Source: an uncultured Alphaproteobacteria bacterium
Lineage (GTDB): Bacteria; Pseudomonadota; Alphaproteobacteria; Paracaedibacterales; CAITNM01
Reading direction: 5' to 3'
DNA: 64,000 nucleotides
Assembly (NCBI GenBank): GCA_903893805.1
Contig: CAITNM010000026.1
Coordinates: 133,664-197,663 of the forward strand
Both the position numbers and the translations under genes were made by a program. Numbering within the stretch: the first letter of the stretch is position 1; each line of letters opens with the position of its first letter. Positions 1 to 10,120 of the stretch are shown here, in pieces. The notes below the pieces were generated by a model, which made no database searches, was not told the DNA's origin, and worked only from the letters and a program-made list of their open reading frames with translations.

Positions 1-1
1 G

Positions 2-361
2 GCAGATAAAGTCGCAGAATTTGGCGGTAGCTGGACATTCATTATTTTATTTATGATCATGGTGATTGTGTGGATTGGGTTAAATTCATGGCTGCTTTTT
101 TTTCAACCATTTGATCCTTATCCATATATATTTTTAAATTTGGTGCTTTCCTGCATAGCAGCACTTCAGGCGCCAATTATTATGATGAGTCAAAATCGTC
201 AAGAAGCAAAAGACAGAATTAGGGCCGAAAAAGATTATCATATTAATCTAAGGGCAGAGCATGAAATCCAGGAGATGAAGGTCTCGCTGCAGACGATTTT
301 GAACATTCAGCAAGATGAGTTTAGAAAACTTGATGAAGCGATTAAACAATTGAAATCCTAA
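2..361 (+). CDS. DUF1003-family membrane protein (5' end outside window)
   Basis: The frame is open from the window edge (ADKVAEFGGSWTFIILF...). FDPYPYIFLNLVLSCIAALQAPIIMMSQNRQ..KDR matches the DUF1003 signature as I remember it. Two hydrophobic helices are present. Confidence 0.75.
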   Translation, partial: ADKVAEFGGSWTFIILFMIMVIVWIGLNSWLLFFQPFDPYPYIFLNLVLSCIAALQAPIIMMSQNRQEAKDRIRAEKDYHINLRAEHEIQEMKVSLQTILNIQQDEFRKLDEAIKQLKS

Positions 362-1465
362 TTGTTCTCACCAATACGCTGGGATAAGCTTGCTTCTAGA
401 AACACATCAATATCACCATCAAGTACGCCTTGGGCATTGCCGCGTTCTACGCTTGTTCTGGTATCTTTTACCATTTGGTATGGTTGCAGCACGTATGAAC
501 GAATTTGGTGTCCCCAACCGATGTCAGTTTTTGAGCTATTGCTAGCGCTCATTTTGGCTTCACGTTCACGAAGTTCAAGTTCATAAAGCCTAGCACGTAG
601 CATGGCATAGGCTTGTGCGCGGTTACGGTGTTGTGATCTGTCGCTTTGGCATTGCACTACAATGTTAGTTGGAAGGTGTGTAATACGAATGGCGCTTTCA
701 GTTTTGTTAACGTGCTGTCCACCCGCACCGGAAGCACGGTAGGTATCAATTCTTAAATCTTTTTCTTCAATTTGAATATCAATATTTTCATCAACTTCAG
801 GGTACACCCAAACAGAAGCAAAACTTGTGTGACGACGTGCGTTAGAATCAAAAGGGGAAATGCGCACTAAACGATGCACGCCACTTTCGGTTTTTAGCCA
901 TCCGTATGATCTGAACCCATCAACTTTGATGGTAATTGATTTTAGGCCAGCTTCTTCCCCTGGACTTTCGTCTAAAATTTCAAGTTTGTACCCTTTGCTA
1001 TCAGCCCAACGTGTGTACATGCGTGCTAGCATTTCCGCCCAGTCTTGGGCTTCTGTGCCACCAGCACCGGCGTTAATTTCAATGAAAGCATTGCTAGAGT
1101 CAGCTTCACCTGAGAGCAGGCTTTCTAGCTGCAGCTTAAGGGCTTTTGCGCATAAAATATCTAGCTCTTTTTCTGCTTCCGCTTCTGTGGAAATATCTTG
1201 TTCTGCTTCTGCTAACTCAATTAAGGTTACGGCATCGTCAAGGTCTTGTTTTAAATCGGTGACTCTTTTTAATGCAGTCCTTAGGGTGTCGCGTTCTTTT
1301 AAGATTTTTTGAGCAGCAGCAGGATCATCCCACAAAGTGGGTGATTCTGCTTGTTCGTCAAATGCTTGCAGAGTTTTTTGAGCTGCATCCCAGTCAAAGA
1401 TGCCTCCGTAATAAGGTTAACGCTTGTTCAACCTGATTAACTTTGTGGATATGCTCGGCCTTCAT
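358..1465 (-). CDS. prfB: Peptide chain release factor 2, requires programmed +1 frameshift
   Basis: ATG at 1465 gives MKAEHIHKVNQVEQALTLLRRHL, then an in-frame TGA (1396-1394). The +1 frame continues DWDAAQKTLQAFDEQAESPTLWDDP... into the 325-aa ORF. The body carries the SPF (RISPFDS) and GGQ (SGAGGQHVNKT) motifs. Confidence 0.95.
1393..1408 (-). promoter_or_regulatory. RF2 autoregulatory +1 frameshift site (SD-like GGAGG, then CTT TGA C)
   Basis: The minus strand reads CGGAGGCATCTTTGAC. This has the same layout as the E. coli prfB site AGGGGGTATCTTTGAC. Confidence 0.9.
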
Positions 1466-1543
1466 AATAAAAATTCCAAGAATTAGTGAGTTTTAATGAT
1501 TTTTCAGTTTAACCACAATAAGGCCTCTTGTTTGTTAATGCAA

Positions 1544-2221
1544 CTATTGCGGAGGCGTTTTAATGCCCTTAAATCCCTTAGCAACAACGTACATCTCAGC
1601 AGAATCTTGACGACTTGAGTCAGGCTTAAAATGCGCCACTTTGGTAAAGTGTACCTTAAGCTGTTTTAGCAATTCTCCCTCAGTACCACCCCTTAAAACT
1701 TTTACGACAAACGATCCATTTTTTGCTAAATGTTTGATGGAAAAATTAAGAGAGGCCTCTAGAAGATTAAATATACGTATATGGTCAACTGCTGGAATGC
1801 CGCACGCTGCTGCTGCCATATCGGATACAATAACATCTGCTAAATCTACGTGTTCGGTAAGCTGCTGCTGAACAATTTCATCTTCAAAGTCGCCTTTAAT
1901 AATAAGAACATTTGGGTTACTAAAGGGGTCAATATCTTGCAAATCAAGAGCAATTACTTTGCCTTTGTGAGAGACTTTATCTGCGATGACTTGAGTCCAT
2001 CCACCAGGGGCGGCTCCTAAATCAATGACTGTTTGACCAGGCTTTAAAATTTTGTATTTTTCGTCGATTTCTATAAATTTAAATGCTGCTCTTGAACGGT
2101 AGCCTTCTTGTTTTGCTTTACGCACAAAAGGATCATTAAGCTGACGCAAAAGCCAATCACGTGATGACTGGGTCCGCTTCTTTTTTGATTTTAAGATAAC
2201 TCTCCCAACAGGATTTTTCAT
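1544..2221 (-). CDS. rlmE: 23S rRNA (uridine2552-2'-O)-methyltransferase RlmE/FtsJ
   Basis: RSRAAFKFIEIDEKY..., the SAM motif DLGAAPGGWTQV and a length of 225 aa. Its start overlaps the grxD stop (ATGA). Confidence 0.9.
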   Translation of the reverse strand: MKNPVGRVILKSKKKRTQSSRDWLLRQLNDPFVRKAKQEGYRSRAAFKFIEIDEKYKILKPGQTVIDLGAAPGGWTQVIADKVSHKGKVIALDLQDIDPFSNPNVLIIKGDFEDEIVQQQLTEHVDLADVIVSDMAAAACGIPAVDHIRIFNLLEASLNFSIKHLAKNGSFVVKVLRGGTEGELLKQLKVHFTKVAHFKPDSSRQDSAEMYVVAKGFKGIKTPPQ

Positions 2222-2547
2222 GCATCACTTAATAGTTGTTTTTGTTTGAAAAGGGTTTGTAACTCACCGTTCTGAAACATTTCACGCACAATGTCGCATC
2301 CGCCAATGAATTCGCCTTTGATGTACAGCTGAGGAATTGTAGGCCAGTTGGTATAGTCTTTAACTCCCTGTCGAAGAGTGGGGTCAATGAGTACGTTAAC
2401 ATCCTTAAATGGAATATTTAGTTGGTTAAGAATTTGAATAACAGTCGCCGTGAATCCGCACATAGGCATGGCAGCAGTTCCTTTCATGAATACGACAACA
2501 TCGTTTCCTTTAACTAATTCATCAATTTGTTGCTGTACGTCACTCAT
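2218..2547 (-). CDS. grxD: Grx4-family monothiol glutaredoxin
   Basis: Monothiol active site PMCGFT and WPTIPQLYIKGEFIGGCDI. I moved the start to the internal ATG at 2547 (MSDVQQQIDELV), which has a GGAGAC RBS. The longer track ORF overlaps bolA. Confidence 0.9.
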   Translation of the reverse strand: MSDVQQQIDELVKGNDVVVFMKGTAAMPMCGFTATVIQILNQLNIPFKDVNVLIDPTLRQGVKDYTNWPTIPQLYIKGEFIGGCDIVREMFQNGELQTLFKQKQLLSDA

Positions 2548-2779
2548 GGAAGTCTCCTGAAATAGAATTTGTTTTGATAGATAAAGCATGAATATCGCAG
2601 TCTTTAAGGGCAGTGTAAACTTTTTGATGTTGCTGAATGCGACTAAGTCCCTTAAAAGTTGTGCAGGTGATTTCCGCTTGGTAATGGTCATTATCTCCAG
2701 CCAGATCGGTGACAACAACTTGTCCTTGGGGAAAAGCTGCTTTTAAACGGTCCTCGAGATCAGATTGCAGAATAGGCAT
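2540..2779 (-). CDS. BolA-family protein
   Basis: 79 aa with a BolA-like pattern (DLAGDNDHYQAEI...F.G.S.IQQH..VY.AL). It overlaps the grxD start (ATGAGTGA) and is coupled to the upstream gene (TAATG). Confidence 0.8.
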   Translation of the reverse strand: MPILQSDLEDRLKAAFPQGQVVVTDLAGDNDHYQAEITCTTFKGLSRIQQHQKVYTALKDCDIHALSIKTNSISGDFHE

Positions 2780-3582
2780 TAAGCAGCTTCCTGGACAGTT
2801 TCTTCTTTGTTTAAATACTCAAGTAATCCAAAGCGCCGTGCTACTTCTGTGCAGCCAGTCCAGTTGGTTCCAAGCCCTATGCCAGAATCTAGTCGCTCAC
2901 CAGACTCAGCATCTAAAATTGAAGAAGAATCTAGTCCGAATGCATCAATTAAAATAAGCTTGGTGGCTTCAAAGAAGTCTTGAGAAAAAATACGACCAAA
3001 TTCTAAACAATAGTTTGCCAATCGTAAATTCAATGCTGAGAATTGCCCCAGCAAAAAATCATTAATACGACGAATAGCGCCGAACAATACTTCCAGCTCT
3101 TCTTCTTGGGCCCAGCCTAAAGCATAAGCATGCTGAGGAGCAATAACCGTTTGTATACCTTTTTCATTTTTCAAATACAGCTCAATAATGGGTTCGCTAA
3201 GCACCATGCCTGATTCTAAATTAAATAACTCAGCTAAAGAATCAATTGCGATGTTGTGTACACGAAAGCGAAACGGCATAGGGTCTGCCAAACGAACAAG
3301 CTGTTCACGCATGTTCAAACGTTTAATCAGATGCGTCTCAACGCCAATCTGGTTTAAACGCTGCATCAACAGTTCAGAAAAACGATTGTTTAACGCGCCA
3401 TGGGCGCTGGATGCCTGCAAGTCTTCCTTTTGGTCAAGGCTATCCTTAAAATACAAAACCAGAGTGCCTGGCTCGGGACCATCAAATAGTATTTTTGTAC
3501 GACCGTTAAATAACTCTTTACGGCGGGTTTGCTGGCGTGCATTGGTAAAATTTTGGATGTCTTGCGTCATTGGAGACCTCAA
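2779..3582 (-). CDS. Diverged SAICAR synthetase (PurC)-like protein
   Basis: Collinear with alphaproteobacterial PurC (GRTKILFDGPEPGTLVLYFKDS, IKRLNMREQL, INDFL). Several normally invariant blocks are altered; see findings. Confidence 0.6.
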   Translation of the reverse strand: MRSPMTQDIQNFTNARQQTRRKELFNGRTKILFDGPEPGTLVLYFKDSLDQKEDLQASSAHGALNNRFSELLMQRLNQIGVETHLIKRLNMREQLVRLADPMPFRFRVHNIAIDSLAELFNLESGMVLSEPIIELYLKNEKGIQTVIAPQHAYALGWAQEEELEVLFGAIRRINDFLLGQFSALNLRLANYCLEFGRIFSQDFFEATKLILIDAFGLDSSSILDAESGERLDSGIGLGTNWTGCTEVARRFGLLEYLNKEETVQEAA

Positions 3583-3693
3583 TCAGACTGACATTACCTC
3601 AGCCTACATATAGCAAGCCTATGCTTATTTTACAAGTTTTTCATTGAACATTTAAAGTCTTTGGATATATGAGGGTGGTGCTGAATCATGGAA

Positions 3694-3785
3694 TGGCGGA
3701 GAGAGGGGGATTCGAACCCCCGATAAGGTTTAAACCCTATGACGGTTTAGCAAACCGTTGCCTTAAGCCACTCGGCCATCTCTCC
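3694..3785 (-). tRNA. tRNA-Ser (anticodon GCU), CCA encoded
   Basis: Cloverleaf read on the minus strand: acceptor GGAGAGA/TCTCTCC, anticodon stem ACGGT/ACCGT with loop TTGCTAA, a long variable arm, T-arm GGGGG-TTCGAAT-CCCCC, and G-CCA at the 3' end. Confidence 0.95.
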
Positions 3786-3916
3786 TTGACTATATTTGTA
3801 TTATCCCTACAAATACTTGTCAACTCATGAAGGGTAATAAATTGTTAAGAATGTCATTGGCTACTAATAAAAAACATGCTTAAATACCAAGGTAGGAGTT
3901 TTTTACTTGGTGTGTT

Positions 3917-4387
3917 ATGGGTAGTGCAACGGCGCAAGTTCTGGATGATGTTGAAAAGGACGCAATACCTCAGACGTTGGGACTTATGTTCAAAACCGAA
4001 AGAACAAATCAGAAAATAACTCTTGAGGTTATTTCAGAGCAGTTGAAAATTCGTAAAGTTTTTCTACAAGCCATTGAAAATGAACAATTTGATGAGCTGC
4101 CAGGTGGAGTTTACACCATTGGATTTATTCGTTCATATGCTAAGTATTTAAACCTTGATCATGACGCAATTATCGAGCAATTAAAGGATGAAAGTTTTTT
4201 TACCCCTGTTCAGTTGACAACTGTAGGAGATGAGCAACATTTTCCAACCAATCGCTTTGTTCCAAGTGGCATGGTGTTTATAGGTCTGTTGTTGCTTGCT
4301 CTGTGTGCTATGTCTGCCTACTTTTTTTTAGATGAAGCGCCACTTCATATCAATTGGCCTAATACAGAATCAAAAGCAGCCTTGTAA
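3917..4387 (+). CDS. RodZ-like HTH membrane protein (short form: HTH + one TM)
   Basis: XRE/RodZ-type N-terminal HTH (ITLEVISEQLKIRKVFLQAIENEQFDELPGGVYTIGFIRSYAKYL) followed by one hydrophobic helix. There is no long C-terminal domain. Confidence 0.6.
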   Translation: MGSATAQVLDDVEKDAIPQTLGLMFKTERTNQKITLEVISEQLKIRKVFLQAIENEQFDELPGGVYTIGFIRSYAKYLNLDHDAIIEQLKDESFFTPVQLTTVGDEQHFPTNRFVPSGMVFIGLLLLALCAMSAYFFLDEAPLHINWPNTESKAAL

Positions 4388-4398
4388 AATTAAGGATC

Positions 4399-5829
4399 TT
4401 AGATCTTCTTAGTTTTTTTGTAAGCTTGTAGTGCTATATTTCTTGATTGTTCCAGATTGATTATGGGATTTGGATAAGTTTTTCCTAATACAATTCCGCA
4501 ATTTTCTAGAATGTTTTTGGGAGCTTTCCAGGGGTTGAAGAGGTATTTATTGGGTAATTTTTCCAATTCAGGCACAAAGTGGCGTGTGTATTGACCTTCT
4601 GGGTCAAATTTTTCTCCCTGAGTAATTGGATTGAATATTCTAAAGTATGGAGCCGCATCTGCTCCTGAGCCAGCAATCCATTGCCAACTTGCACTGTTAT
4701 TTGCAAGATCTGCATCAACCAAGCAATCCCAAAACCAATCTCGTCCTTGGTGCCAATGAAGTAATAAATTTTTAACTAAAAAAGATCCCACGATCATTCT
4801 GACACGATTGTGAATGTAGCCTGTTTTCCATAGTTCTCGCATGCCTGCATCAATAATAGGATAGCCAGTTTGTCCTGCTTTCCATGCATGTAAATACTTA
4901 TCGTTATTGTCCCATGGAAACTTATCAAAAGTGCTTTGAAAATTCTTATGCGGTAAATCGGGAAAATGATAAAGCAAGGAATAAGAAAATTCGCGCCAAC
5001 CAAGTTCACTTAAAAAACAATCAATATCAGAAATATTGATATTATCTACACTTTTAGCTTGAGCACTGCACCATGCTTGATTAGGAGATATTTCTCCGAA
5101 ATGCAGGTGAGGAGATAGTCTGGAGACATTTTTTTTAAAGGGGAAATTTCTATTTTCCTTATAATTTTTTAGACTATTATCCACAAAATCTATTAACTTT
5201 TTTTGCGCAGCCTCTTCGCCAATTTCCCAACATGACTCTATAGACTTCTTCCATTTTAACGCTGGTAATAAATTAAGATTCTCTATAGTCGTTTTGTTGT
5301 GGATATCTCTTACCATTTCTAAATTTTCAGGTTTTGGAAGAGGGTGTCGAGGTGCTGCTACTTGCAAACATCCTCTATTATAAAAGGGTGTGAATACTTT
5401 ATATGGTGTGCGATCTTTTTTTAAGTTTTCCCAAGGTTCCCAGAGCAATGATCCGTTAAAGCTTTTGCATTCAATATTTTTATTTTTTAATTTTTCTTTT
5501 ATTTCTGAATCATTTTTGATCCGCCACGGTTCGTAACATCTATTCCAATAAACAGCATTTACAGAGGTGTTTTGAAGTATTTTAAAAAGAACTTCTTTTG
5601 AACTTCCAATATACACATTTAGTGAGTTTGATAGACTTTCATTCAAAGCGTTCAGAGAATGATGCAGCCATAAGCGACTGGCACCACCCATTTTGAATGA
5701 TTCTGCTTCTTGGTCATCTAATATATAAATAGGTAGCACCCTACCATTTTGGGCGGCTTCAAAAAGGCCAGGATTATCAGAAATTCGTAGATCCTGACGA
5801 AACCAGAAGATTGTAGTTTTATTTGACAT
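4399..5829 (-). CDS. phrB: Deoxyribodipyrimidine photolyase (class I CPD photolyase/cryptochrome family)
   Basis: N-terminal IFWFRQDLRISDNPGL. FAD-binding C-terminal signature TGYPIIDAGMREL...NRVRMIVGSFL...SWQWIAGSGADAAPYFRIFNP. Confidence 0.9.
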   Translation of the reverse strand: MSNKTTIFWFRQDLRISDNPGLFEAAQNGRVLPIYILDDQEAESFKMGGASRLWLHHSLNALNESLSNSLNVYIGSSKEVLFKILQNTSVNAVYWNRCYEPWRIKNDSEIKEKLKNKNIECKSFNGSLLWEPWENLKKDRTPYKVFTPFYNRGCLQVAAPRHPLPKPENLEMVRDIHNKTTIENLNLLPALKWKKSIESCWEIGEEAAQKKLIDFVDNSLKNYKENRNFPFKKNVSRLSPHLHFGEISPNQAWCSAQAKSVDNINISDIDCFLSELGWREFSYSLLYHFPDLPHKNFQSTFDKFPWDNNDKYLHAWKAGQTGYPIIDAGMRELWKTGYIHNRVRMIVGSFLVKNLLLHWHQGRDWFWDCLVDADLANNSASWQWIAGSGADAAPYFRIFNPITQGEKFDPEGQYTRHFVPELEKLPNKYLFNPWKAPKNILENCGIVLGKTYPNPIINLEQSRNIALQAYKKTKKI

Positions 5830-5856
5830 TTTATTTGTTCTGATCCTGATTTATGT

Positions 5857-6321
5857 TTAATTAATTTTCCATATGATGAAATTCAGATATCCGGCAAAAA
5901 TCAACCAGATGGTATACGGAGTCATCATAGATGTGACAAAGAAATGCTCTTTTTTTGCTCTGATTATTATGAACAGATTTATTGAAATCATGGAAAGTAT
6001 TAAGAAGAAAGCTAATCCAATTAATTTCCATTCAAAAAAAATAGGAGTCCATATCCAATTAAGCAGTAATTGGATTGAGTACATTTTTAGTAAAGGTCTT
6101 ATAGCTGGTTTATGACGACGTTTCCAAATAAAACTACCTGTTAAAGCAATCATGATGTAAAGAAGTGTCCATGCAATAGGAAAAACCTTCGGAGAAGGTG
6201 AAGCTACGCTTTTGTGCAGAGAAGAATACCAATGCATATTTGCTTTTGTTATTTTGCCAAGAGCAAATCCAACAAATTGTAACAAGGCAATCCAGATAAA
6301 ATTAGAAATCATAATTTTCAT
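5857..6321 (-). CDS. tspO: TspO/MBR tryptophan-rich sensory protein
   Basis: 154 aa, five hydrophobic helices and Trp-rich motifs (WYSSL.K....P...FPIAWTLLY, LLLNWIWTPIFF). Confidence 0.85.
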   Translation of the reverse strand: MKIMISNFIWIALLQFVGFALGKITKANMHWYSSLHKSVASPSPKVFPIAWTLLYIMIALTGSFIWKRRHKPAIRPLLKMYSIQLLLNWIWTPIFFEWKLIGLAFFLILSMISINLFIIIRAKKEHFFVTSMMTPYTIWLIFAGYLNFIIWKIN

Positions 6322-6369
6322 TCTTATTTTCTGTATTATGTTTTTTCCGAACCTAAATAATTAATGGTT

Positions 6370-7740
6370 TTAGGTTGCTAAGGCTACATCAAGATCAGAA
6401 ATTGTTCCACTTATTGCGTTAATAATTTCATTCAATAATCTTGCATCATCTCCTTGGGCCATGATGCGAATAAGTGGTTCTGTGCCAGATTGTCTAACAA
6501 GAAGTTTTCCAAAACGATCAAGGCGAATTTTAGCATCGTCAATTACTAATCGAATGCGATCATCATTTAAGTTGATAGTATGTTTTGTGCGTATATTACG
6601 TAAGATTTGCGGCACTGGCTCAAAGGTGTTCCCAATAGCGCTTGCTGGCATATTAGTGGCCACCATAAGAGCAAGTACTTGTAGTGCCGCCAATAATCCA
6701 TCACCAGTTGTAGTGTAATCGCTTAATATAATATGGCCAGACTGCTCTCCGCCAACATTGCATCCTTTGATCTGCATCATTTCTAGTACATGCTTATCCC
6801 CAATATTTGAACGGAATAGTTGTAATCCTTTGCTAGAAAGATATCTTTCCAAACCTAGGTTTGACATGTGAGTAGCAACAATTCCATTGCCTTTCAAAAG
6901 GTCTTGTTCGTACCAAAGTTTAGCAATTAGTGCCATAATTTGATCGCCATCTAGTACCTGACCATTTTCATCAACAGCAATAAGACGGTCAGCATCCCCA
7001 TCAAGGGCAATGCCGATATGAGCTTTATGCTCTAACACAGCGTTTTGTAAAGGTAAAATATGAGTTGCGCCGCAATCTAAGTTAATGTTAATGCCATTTG
7101 GTGTATTGCCTATGGCAATAACGTCCGCTCCCAATTCCCATAATACTTGTGGTGCAACTTTGTAAGCAGCCCCGTTTGCACAATCAATGACAATTTTTAA
7201 TCCATCAAGGCGCATTCCTTTAGGAAAACTTGACTTCACGAATTCATTGTAACGTCCCAAAGCATCATCAACGCGTCTTGCTTTTCCAAAATCTTTTGCG
7301 CTCGCTAAAGAGAAATTATTTTTGTGGGTTAGTTCTTCAATATATTGCTCATTTTGACCGTTAAGTTTAAATCCTTGAGCATCAAAAAATTTAATACCAT
7401 TGTCTTGGAAGGGATTGTGCGATGCAGAAATCATTACTCCTAAGTGTGCACGCAATGTGCGGGTTAGCATTGCCACTGCGGGAGTCGGTAGAGGTCCTAG
7501 CAACATCACATCAACGCCCATACTGACAAAACCAGACGTTAAAGCTGACTCCAGCATATACCCAGAAAGTCGAGTGTCCTTTCCAATGATAACGGTGTGT
7601 CGATGCTGCGACGATGTTGCAAGCTGTGTATTTTCTTGCAAATATTGTGCTGCAGCCATGGCAACTTTTAAAATTACGTCAGTGGTCATTGGCGGCTCGT
7701 TAACTGTTCCGCGCATACCATCTGTCCCAAATAATTTCAT
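6370..7740 (-). CDS. glmM: Phosphoglucosamine mutase
   Basis: FGTDGMRG, active-site [16 protein letters not shown] and GGEQSGH. Confidence 0.95.
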   Translation of the reverse strand: MKLFGTDGMRGTVNEPPMTTDVILKVAMAAAQYLQENTQLATSSQHRHTVIIGKDTRLSGYMLESALTSGFVSMGVDVMLLGPLPTPAVAMLTRTLRAHLGVMISASHNPFQDNGIKFFDAQGFKLNGQNEQYIEELTHKNNFSLASAKDFGKARRVDDALGRYNEFVKSSFPKGMRLDGLKIVIDCANGAAYKVAPQVLWELGADVIAIGNTPNGININLDCGATHILPLQNAVLEHKAHIGIALDGDADRLIAVDENGQVLDGDQIMALIAKLWYEQDLLKGNGIVATHMSNLGLERYLSSKGLQLFRSNIGDKHVLEMMQIKGCNVGGEQSGHIILSDYTTTGDGLLAALQVLALMVATNMPASAIGNTFEPVPQILRNIRTKHTINLNDDRIRLVIDDAKIRLDRFGKLLVRQSGTEPLIRIMAQGDDARLLNEIINAISGTISDLDVALAT

Positions 7741-8897
7741 AATTGCTCCTCCGGTTGTTGCAGGTGCTCAGATGTAATCCATCCCCCACCTAACACTTGA
7801 TCGTTCTCATAGAATACGCAAGCTTGCCCAGAAGCGACTCCGTATTCAGAATTTTCAAAGGTAACCATGGCGCATGAGGGGCTGGTTACTGTGACCGTTG
7901 CTTTAACGGGCGAATGAGTTGATCGTACCTTTACCATGCACCTTAATCCATCACGAAAATGTTCAAGACCCTTTAACCAATTCATTTCTTTTAAATAAAT
8001 AGTGCTAACAGCTAATGCTTCTCGAGGTCCCACCCACACTTGGTGTTTAACAGGGTTTAACCTAATTACATAAAGTGGTTCTGGGGAAGAAACACCAAGT
8101 CCTTTGCGTTGACCAATTGTGTAGTTAATAATTCCTTCATGACGCCCTAATACAGTGCCGTTAATATGAACAATGTCACCAGCATCAAGTGCTCCTGGTC
8201 TTAATTTGCTGACAAGACTAGCGTAAGAACCATTAGGCACAAAGCAAATGTCTTGGCTATCAGGTTTCTCCGCTACGGTTAAACCAAATCGTGCAGCATG
8301 TTCACGTGTTTCGGGCTTTGGAAGCCCGCCCAATGGGAACCGCAAATACTCAAGCTGAGTTTGAGTTGTGGTAAACAAAAAATAGCTCTGGTCTCGACTG
8401 TGGTCTAGCGCTCTGTGCAGCTCAGCTCGCTGATTTACAAAACGTTGAACATAATGTCCAGTCACTAGGGCCTTAGCATCAAGGTCACGAGCTGTTTGTA
8501 ACAGGTCTTTAAATTTTACTTTTTGATTGCAACGCACACAGGGAATTGGAGTTTCTCCTTGCAGATATGAATCAACAAAGTCATCAATAACTTTTTCGCG
8601 AAAAACACTTTCGTAGTCCAGCACATAATGGGGGAACCCCATTTTATCAGCAACAGTCCTGGCATCGTAAATGTCTTGACCGGCACAGCAAGCACCTTTT
8701 TTATTGATCATAGCACCGTGGTCGTACAATTGCAGGGTAATACCCACAACGTCGTAGCCTGCTTCAACCATTAAGGCAGCAGCCACCGATGAGTCAACGC
8801 CACCAGACATTGCAACAGCGATGCGTTCTCCGGGATTTACGCCATCAAGCGTAAAGCGCTTTGGAGGATTTTTTATCGATAAGTTTGTATACAGCAT
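7737..8897 (-). CDS. mnmA: tRNA 2-thiouridine(34) synthase
   Basis: PP-loop [14 protein letters not shown], and conserved Cys residues. The 5' end overlaps the upstream transporter by 53 nt, so the start is uncertain. Confidence 0.9.
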   Translation of the reverse strand: MLYTNLSIKNPPKRFTLDGVNPGERIAVAMSGGVDSSVAAALMVEAGYDVVGITLQLYDHGAMINKKGACCAGQDIYDARTVADKMGFPHYVLDYESVFREKVIDDFVDSYLQGETPIPCVRCNQKVKFKDLLQTARDLDAKALVTGHYVQRFVNQRAELHRALDHSRDQSYFLFTTTQTQLEYLRFPLGGLPKPETREHAARFGLTVAEKPDSQDICFVPNGSYASLVSKLRPGALDAGDIVHINGTVLGRHEGIINYTIGQRKGLGVSSPEPLYVIRLNPVKHQVWVGPREALAVSTIYLKEMNWLKGLEHFRDGLRCMVKVRSTHSPVKATVTVTSPSCAMVTFENSEYGVASGQACVFYENDQVLGGGWITSEHLQQPEEQL

Positions 8898-9945
8898 AAA
8901 TAATCATCAACGGGTAAAGCCACTCTAAAATACTGCCCAAGAAATTCATAATTTTTCCAAATCCAAGCAGAGACATAGCAAATCCCATGCATATGCTTGC
9001 AGTTAAACAAATGTGGCGGTTTATTTGTTTTTTTAAAATATCTTTGTGCAAAAAATCTGTCCACATGGTTGTAAGCAAGGTGGCCGTTGCCATGCATGAC
9101 ACAGCTAACGTGATGCTAACAATCGGTAGAGCATAAGAACCCAACGCCCTTTGTGCAATAGCTGCTAAATATTGTTCTTGGCCTAGCCCAACAAGGTCAG
9201 CCGCATAATGGGCGCCTAAGGCCATGAAACCATAATATACAGCGCATAATATTCCACCGCCCAAAATGCTGGAAAGAGCACCCATTTTAAATAATTCCTT
9301 TTTGCTTAAACCAGCTTTAGATTTTTTTTTCAAAAATTCATAAACACTAATTGCAATAAGAGGGGCGCCCATTAGGTCCATGGTTTGGTACCCAATTTCT
9401 AAACCATACCCAAAGCATTCCTTCACAGCCATGGAAACTGGTTGCATAGGAGGCGCAACCCAAAGTCCCATAAAAATAAGAAAGGCAATTCCTCCCAGCT
9501 TAAACGGTGTTAAGAATACGCCAATAATTTCTACTAAACGATTACGTTGCCAACAAAGCCCAAGTAATCCAAGGCTAAAAAGACCTGAGAAAATCCAAAC
9601 CGGAAGTTCAGGATACATGAGGTTGAATCCCCCAAAGGAAACAAGTATACACCTAGGCACAACTCCGAATGGTCCTACCAACATGAATATTAAAAAATTA
9701 ATGGCGAATGCGCCTGATTTTCCAAGATTCGCATAATATGCATCTCGATTTCCTTCACTGCGAATGAATCCCATGACTCCAATAAACGGAACGATAACAG
9801 CGGTGATTATCCATCCTGCTAAAGTGTACGGAAACATACCTTGGGTTTTGAATCCTGCCGCAAGAGGAAACACTAAATTCCCGGAACCAAAGAACATAGA
9901 GAACATGGCAAAACCAGCGGTAAGAACAATACGAAAAGATGACAT
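8845..9945 (-). CDS. Branched-chain amino acid transport carrier (LIVCS/BrnQ-like), short
   Basis: The N-terminus [20 protein letters not shown] resembles BrnQ (FALFVGAGNIIFPP). It is polytopic but only 366 aa, against about 430 aa for typical BrnQ. Confidence 0.6.
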   Translation of the reverse strand: MSSFRIVLTAGFAMFSMFFGSGNLVFPLAAGFKTQGMFPYTLAGWIITAVIVPFIGVMGFIRSEGNRDAYYANLGKSGAFAINFLIFMLVGPFGVVPRCILVSFGGFNLMYPELPVWIFSGLFSLGLLGLCWQRNRLVEIIGVFLTPFKLGGIAFLIFMGLWVAPPMQPVSMAVKECFGYGLEIGYQTMDLMGAPLIAISVYEFLKKKSKAGLSKKELFKMGALSSILGGGILCAVYYGFMALGAHYAADLVGLGQEQYLAAIAQRALGSYALPIVSITLAVSCMATATLLTTMWTDFLHKDILKKQINRHICLTASICMGFAMSLLGFGKIMNFLGSILEWLYPLMIIYAVYKLIDKKSSKALYA

Positions 9946-10120
9946 TAAAGTATTCTCCCTATTCTTAAGGTATACATATAAAGATTTTTAAGGAAAATTA
10001 CAAGAAAAAATATAGTAAGGAGTTTATTTATATAGAGTTTTGGATATTAATTGGAGATATATTTATGCAATAAATACTTCACCAGCTCACTAGATTTTGC
10101 GAAGAATAAAGTGATTAAAG

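Noticed and set aside
860-1312. 150-aa plus-strand ORF opposite prfB
   Set aside because: It is fully embedded antisense in a highly conserved gene, and it has no RBS or recognisable fold.
3694-6321. tRNA-Ser as the attachment site of a photolyase/TspO islet
   Set aside because: The AT-rich genes lie on the 5' side of the tRNA. I could find no repeat of the tRNA 3' end, and no integrase is present.
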